A DNA stretch of 60,303 nucleotides from Candidatus Giovannonibacteria bacterium RIFCSPLOWO2_01_FULL_46_13 (GTDB taxonomy: Bacteria > Patescibacteriota > Minisyncoccia > JACPKW01 > UBA11713), in assembly GCA_001778785.1 (NCBI GenBank), contig MFIE01000019.1, positions 1,072-61,374 of the forward strand, read 5' to 3'. A model generated the notes under the pieces. The model was not told the origin of the DNA. It worked only from the letters and a program-made list of their open reading frames with translations, and ran no database searches. Shown here piece by piece: positions 57,343 through 60,303 of the stretch (within the stretch, counting starts at the first letter, position 1; each line of letters begins with the position of its first letter). A program made the translations under genes and the position numbers.

Positions 57343-57963
57343 ATGAAGAAAATTTTTCTCTCCGATGAGGAGAAAGGATGGTCAATTCCCAAGTTGGCCG
57401 AGAAGTACGGCGTGTCTCGTGCGACCGCGTGGCGCGCCAAAAAACGGGGCTGGCTTGTGCCAGCATATCTCGAGAAGAAAATGATTATTTCTGATGACGG
57501 GATTCCGGTCTCCAAAGAAGAAATTATCAGAGATGCCAAGACGGGAGTCTTCGGTTTCTTGAAGAGGGTTTTAGCTGGTAAGAATTTCAAACAGGCTATA
57601 GCCCCCTTTTCAACGGACGATATGGTCCAGGAGGCCACAAAAAGGCTTTATGAATTAACTGGCCATGAAAAGTTTACAGACCGCAGCTGGCGAATCAATG
57701 TCGCATGGGTTGCGGCGAGGGATTTTATTCAGGGGTCTGTGTGGAAGCATGGACTCGTCGATAGAATCCCGGATAAATGGGAACTTCCAGAAGAACCAAG
57801 AATCTTTGGGGAAAATAGTGTTTTTCTGGCGGAGCTTCGGTGGAGATTGGGAGAAAGGAGGTGGGAGTTATTGTGGGATTGGGCTAAAGGAAGTAGTAAT
57901 CTCAAACCGCCGCAGGATTTAATTCGTGCGGCACGAAAGGAGACTGGACTATGTCCCTCCTAG
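57343..57963 (+). CDS. N-terminal HTH plus sigma-70 region-2-like protein
   Basis: SIPKLAEKYGVSRATAWRA (HTH) and DDMVQEATKRLYE..F..SWRINVAWVAARDFI (ECF region-2 pattern). Confidence 0.6.
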   Translation: MKKIFLSDEEKGWSIPKLAEKYGVSRATAWRAKKRGWLVPAYLEKKMIISDDGIPVSKEEIIRDAKTGVFGFLKRVLAGKNFKQAIAPFSTDDMVQEATKRLYELTGHEKFTDRSWRINVAWVAARDFIQGSVWKHGLVDRIPDKWELPEEPRIFGENSVFLAELRWRLGERRWELLWDWAKGSSNLKPPQDLIRAARKETGLCPS

Positions 57964-58742
57964 TTTCAATCATCTGTAGATTGTGTGGGTCGGATTTCCA
58001 GGTCGACCCAAAAACATTCGGGGCGCTCGGTTTACGGGGCGTCCCGAAAAAATGCCCCTCCTGCTGCGATAAAAAGCAGGAGCGGCCCCCGGAGGCGACG
58101 GTGATCAATCGCCAGTGCCTCCAGGATTTTCCGGCAGTGCGAGTGTGCTTGCCGGAAAATCTCTTCGCGCCTTTCAAGGCGCAGAATGATGATCGTCCGT
58201 GTTTGCGGGCGGTTATAAAAGGAAGCTCTCTTGGCAGAGGAGCTTCTTGGTCAGGTCGGCTCGATATTTATTGTCTAGCCGAAAAGTTGCCCTCCGTTGC
58301 CCGTGTACGGGTGATGGAAGTAACCCATGTCTCCGGCCAGCGTCGCATGGAGCGGCACAAGGATGCGGAGGGGGCGGTACCAGGAGTATCGCTTTCGCAC
58401 CCCGGCCAGCCGACGAGAACGGTGGAGGTGGAGTATTCACCCACCTATACCTATCTCGTTTTGGAGCCGACGGGTGAAGAACCTTTGGCGGCCCTGATCT
58501 TCACGAGCGTGAATTACAAAACCACGCTCAAGGGGTTCGGGAGGCAATGGTATGCCTCATTGGATACCTCGGCGGCCCTCTGGGTGCGTGAACTTTCAAG
58601 CTCAGCACGCTCCGGTCGCTTCGGTGCTTATGGCGCCGTGGCAGTGGTTGACGAAGGTCATCTCGTCATCGCTAAGCAGTGGGGTGACATCGAGTCGCAC
58701 ACTGCTTTCTCCGGTGATAAAAAGGAGGTTGTTGAGGGGTAA
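57951..58742 (+). CDS. Hypothetical protein with N-terminal CxxC-x~20-CxxC zinc ribbon
   Basis: ICRLCGSDF...PKKCPSC; AAGGAG SD. Confidence 0.75.
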   Translation: MSLLVSIICRLCGSDFQVDPKTFGALGLRGVPKKCPSCCDKKQERPPEATVINRQCLQDFPAVRVCLPENLFAPFKAQNDDRPCLRAVIKGSSLGRGASWSGRLDIYCLAEKLPSVARVRVMEVTHVSGQRRMERHKDAEGAVPGVSLSHPGQPTRTVEVEYSPTYTYLVLEPTGEEPLAALIFTSVNYKTTLKGFGRQWYASLDTSAALWVRELSSSARSGRFGAYGAVAVVDEGHLVIAKQWGDIESHTAFSGDKKEVVEG

Positions 58743-58777
58743 GTTCTTTGAAAGGAGCTATGGTTGGTTAAAAAATT

Positions 58778-59119
58778 AGCGTTCTGAAGACGCTCATGTT
58801 GCAACTTAATGTTGCATTAGGAAACCGTAAGGTTTCCAGGAGAGCCGATGCTCTGCCACATCCCAGGGGTGCTAAGAACACCCGGAAATGTGGGAGCTAG
58901 GTCTCCAAATAAGCACAAGCGAACTCGATTAATTCGAGCCCACCGCTTGTGCTTCCCCCAGAGTTTTTAATTAAATTTGAAATTTCTGGGGGAGATCTTT
59001 GAATTAAGTTAAAAAAAATAATACGAAAGGAGTAAATAATCTATATGTGGCTGGTGGTTCGGTATATGAGAGAAGTAGAAATACTTTTCTCCCTCTAATA
59101 TCAAGCCATCAGCCATATG
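58778..59119 (+). ncRNA. Candidate large structured non-coding RNA
   Basis: Stretch with no ORF above about 20 codons led by an SD, made of at least eight consecutive hairpins. Confidence 0.4.
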
Positions 59120-59126
59120 AAGATTA

Positions 59127-59159
59127 ACCAAAAACCCGCCTCAGGCGGGTTTTTGGTTT
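59127..59159. terminator. Bidirectional terminator between the island and hppA
   Basis: ACCAAAAACCCGCC-tca-GGCGGGTTTTTGGT. Confidence 0.8.
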
Positions 59160-59173
59160 GCTTTTAAATTTTT

Positions 59174-60303
59174 CTAGAGAATGCCGACGAGGAGGAGGGC
59201 GACGATGTTTACGATTTTAATCATAGGGTTTATCGCCGGGCCCGCTGTGTCTTTGTACGGGTCGCCAACGGTGTCGCCGGTTACTGCGGCTTGGTGCGCG
59301 GGAGATTTCTTCCCGCCAAAATTTCCTTCCTCAATATATTTCTTGGCGTTATCCCAGGCCGCTCCTCCCGAAGTCATGGCGAGAGCTTGGAAAAGTCCGG
59401 TTATGATCACTCCGATCAAAAGTCCTCCCAAGGCTTCTACTCCGAAGATGAAAGCGACGAGTATGGTTATTGCGATCGGAAGGATCGCCGGCAAAATCAT
59501 TTCCCGGAGCGCGGCTTTGGTTACGATATCAACCGCGCGGGCGTAGTCCGGCTTGTCGATCCCTTCCATTATTTTTTTCTCGCGGAATTGCCTGCGGACT
59601 TCTTCAACGATGGAGCCCGCGGCTTTGCCGACGGCGAGCATGGAGAGGGAAGCGAAGATGTACGGAAGGATGCCGCCGATAAATAATCCGAGAAGGACGG
59701 AAGGGTCCTGGAGTTCGAAGGTTGCCGGTTTGCCAAGCCTTTCTAATTCGGAGACGAACGCGCCGAAGAGTACGAGTGCGGCGAGTCCGGCCGAACCGAT
59801 CGCGTATCCTTTGGTGACGGCTTTGGTCGTGTTGCCGACGGCGTCCAGGGCATCGGTAACTTCGCGGACGTTTTCCGGAAGCCCGGCCATCTCGGCGATC
59901 CCCCCGGCGTTATCCGTTATCGGTCCGAACGAATCTATCGCGACAATTATTCCCGCCAAAGAAAGCATGGACGTTGCGGCGATGGCGATCCCGTACAGGC
60001 CCGCGAAATAAAAGGCGAGGTAACTTCCCATGGCGATCGTGAAAATCGGGAGCGCGACCGCTTCCATGGAAACGGCGAGGCCCATGATTATATTTGTCCC
60101 GTGGCCAGAGGTGGAAGCGGCCGCAATATTTTTAACCGGGCGGAATCTTTTTGAAGTGTAGTATTCGGTGAAGATGACCATGAAGATCGTGACGATGATC
60201 CCGATCAATGCCGCGATGTACAGGTTAACGGGATCTCCGGGAATGGTTTGGATTTCATTTCCGAGAAGGTCGGCCGAGACGCCCATGGGGTGGACGAATA
60301 TTT
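59174..60303 (-). CDS. hppA: Membrane-bound H+-translocating pyrophosphatase (5' part outside the window)
   Basis: [22 protein letters not shown] (Lys marks the K+-independent type) and [14 protein letters not shown]. Confidence 0.95.
   Translation of the reverse strand, partial: IFVHPMGVSADLLGNEIQTIPGDPVNLYIAALIGIIVTIFMVIFTEYYTSKRFRPVKNIAAASTSGHGTNIIMGLAVSMEAVALPIFTIAMGSYLAFYFAGLYGIAIAATSMLSLAGIIVAIDSFGPITDNAGGIAEMAGLPENVREVTDALDAVGNTTKAVTKGYAIGSAGLAALVLFGAFVSELERLGKPATFELQDPSVLLGLFIGGILPYIFASLSMLAVGKAAGSIVEEVRRQFREKKIMEGIDKPDYARAVDIVTKAALREMILPAILPIAITILVAFIFGVEALGGLLIGVIITGLFQALAMTSGGAAWDNAKKYIEEGNFGGKKSPAHQAAVTGDTVGDPYKDTAGPAINPMIKIVNIVALLLVGIL

Noticed and set aside
58778..59119. RNase P RNA, tmRNA, 6S or SRP RNA
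   Set aside because: I found no GAGGAAAGUCC P4 motif, no tRNA-like ends with a tag ORF and no SRP loop; it is kept only as an unknown structured RNA candidate.
54210..59159. Intact prophage
   Set aside because: No structural, terminase, replication or integrase genes and no flanking att repeats are visible; a phage-derived remnant cannot be excluded.

Overview
Chromosomal origin region of a Patescibacteria/CPR (Parcubacteria-like) bacterium. The assignment is inferred from gene order, mostly SD-less or leaderless core genes, CCA-less tRNAs and CPR-typical gene clusters. Left part: tyrS, PBP1a, a DciA-like gene, dnaN-oriC-dnaA, rpmH-rnpA-yidD-yidC-jag, an 11-gene VirB4/VirB6/PrgI/pilin T4SS-like operon, rsmA and pcrA. 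Middle: LysM-M23 peptidase, an MBOAT/SGNH/acyl-AMP-ligase module, comM, dksA-like, pnp, rpsO, a Xer recombinase, five tRNAs with cca, two parS sites, yraN and an ECF sigma cluster. Right part: an ABC pair split by inserted genes, hup, rny, gpmI, clpP and hppA, plus three toxin-antitoxin pairs. The most unusual region is the 5 kb island between clpP and hppA (54.2-59.2 kb). It has tandem consensus promoters, about ten boxA-like motifs, strongly SD-led orphan ORFs and long G-U-rich hairpin spacers, two of which are duplicated. It also holds a type III hammerhead ribozyme interrupted by a palindromic insertion, a small pseudoknot motif shared with another locus, a HTH-plus-sigma2-like protein and about 400 nt of structured non-coding sequence. 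A family of short palindromic elements is scattered through the window, including copies inside coding sequences. All calls were made by eye; no searches were run.
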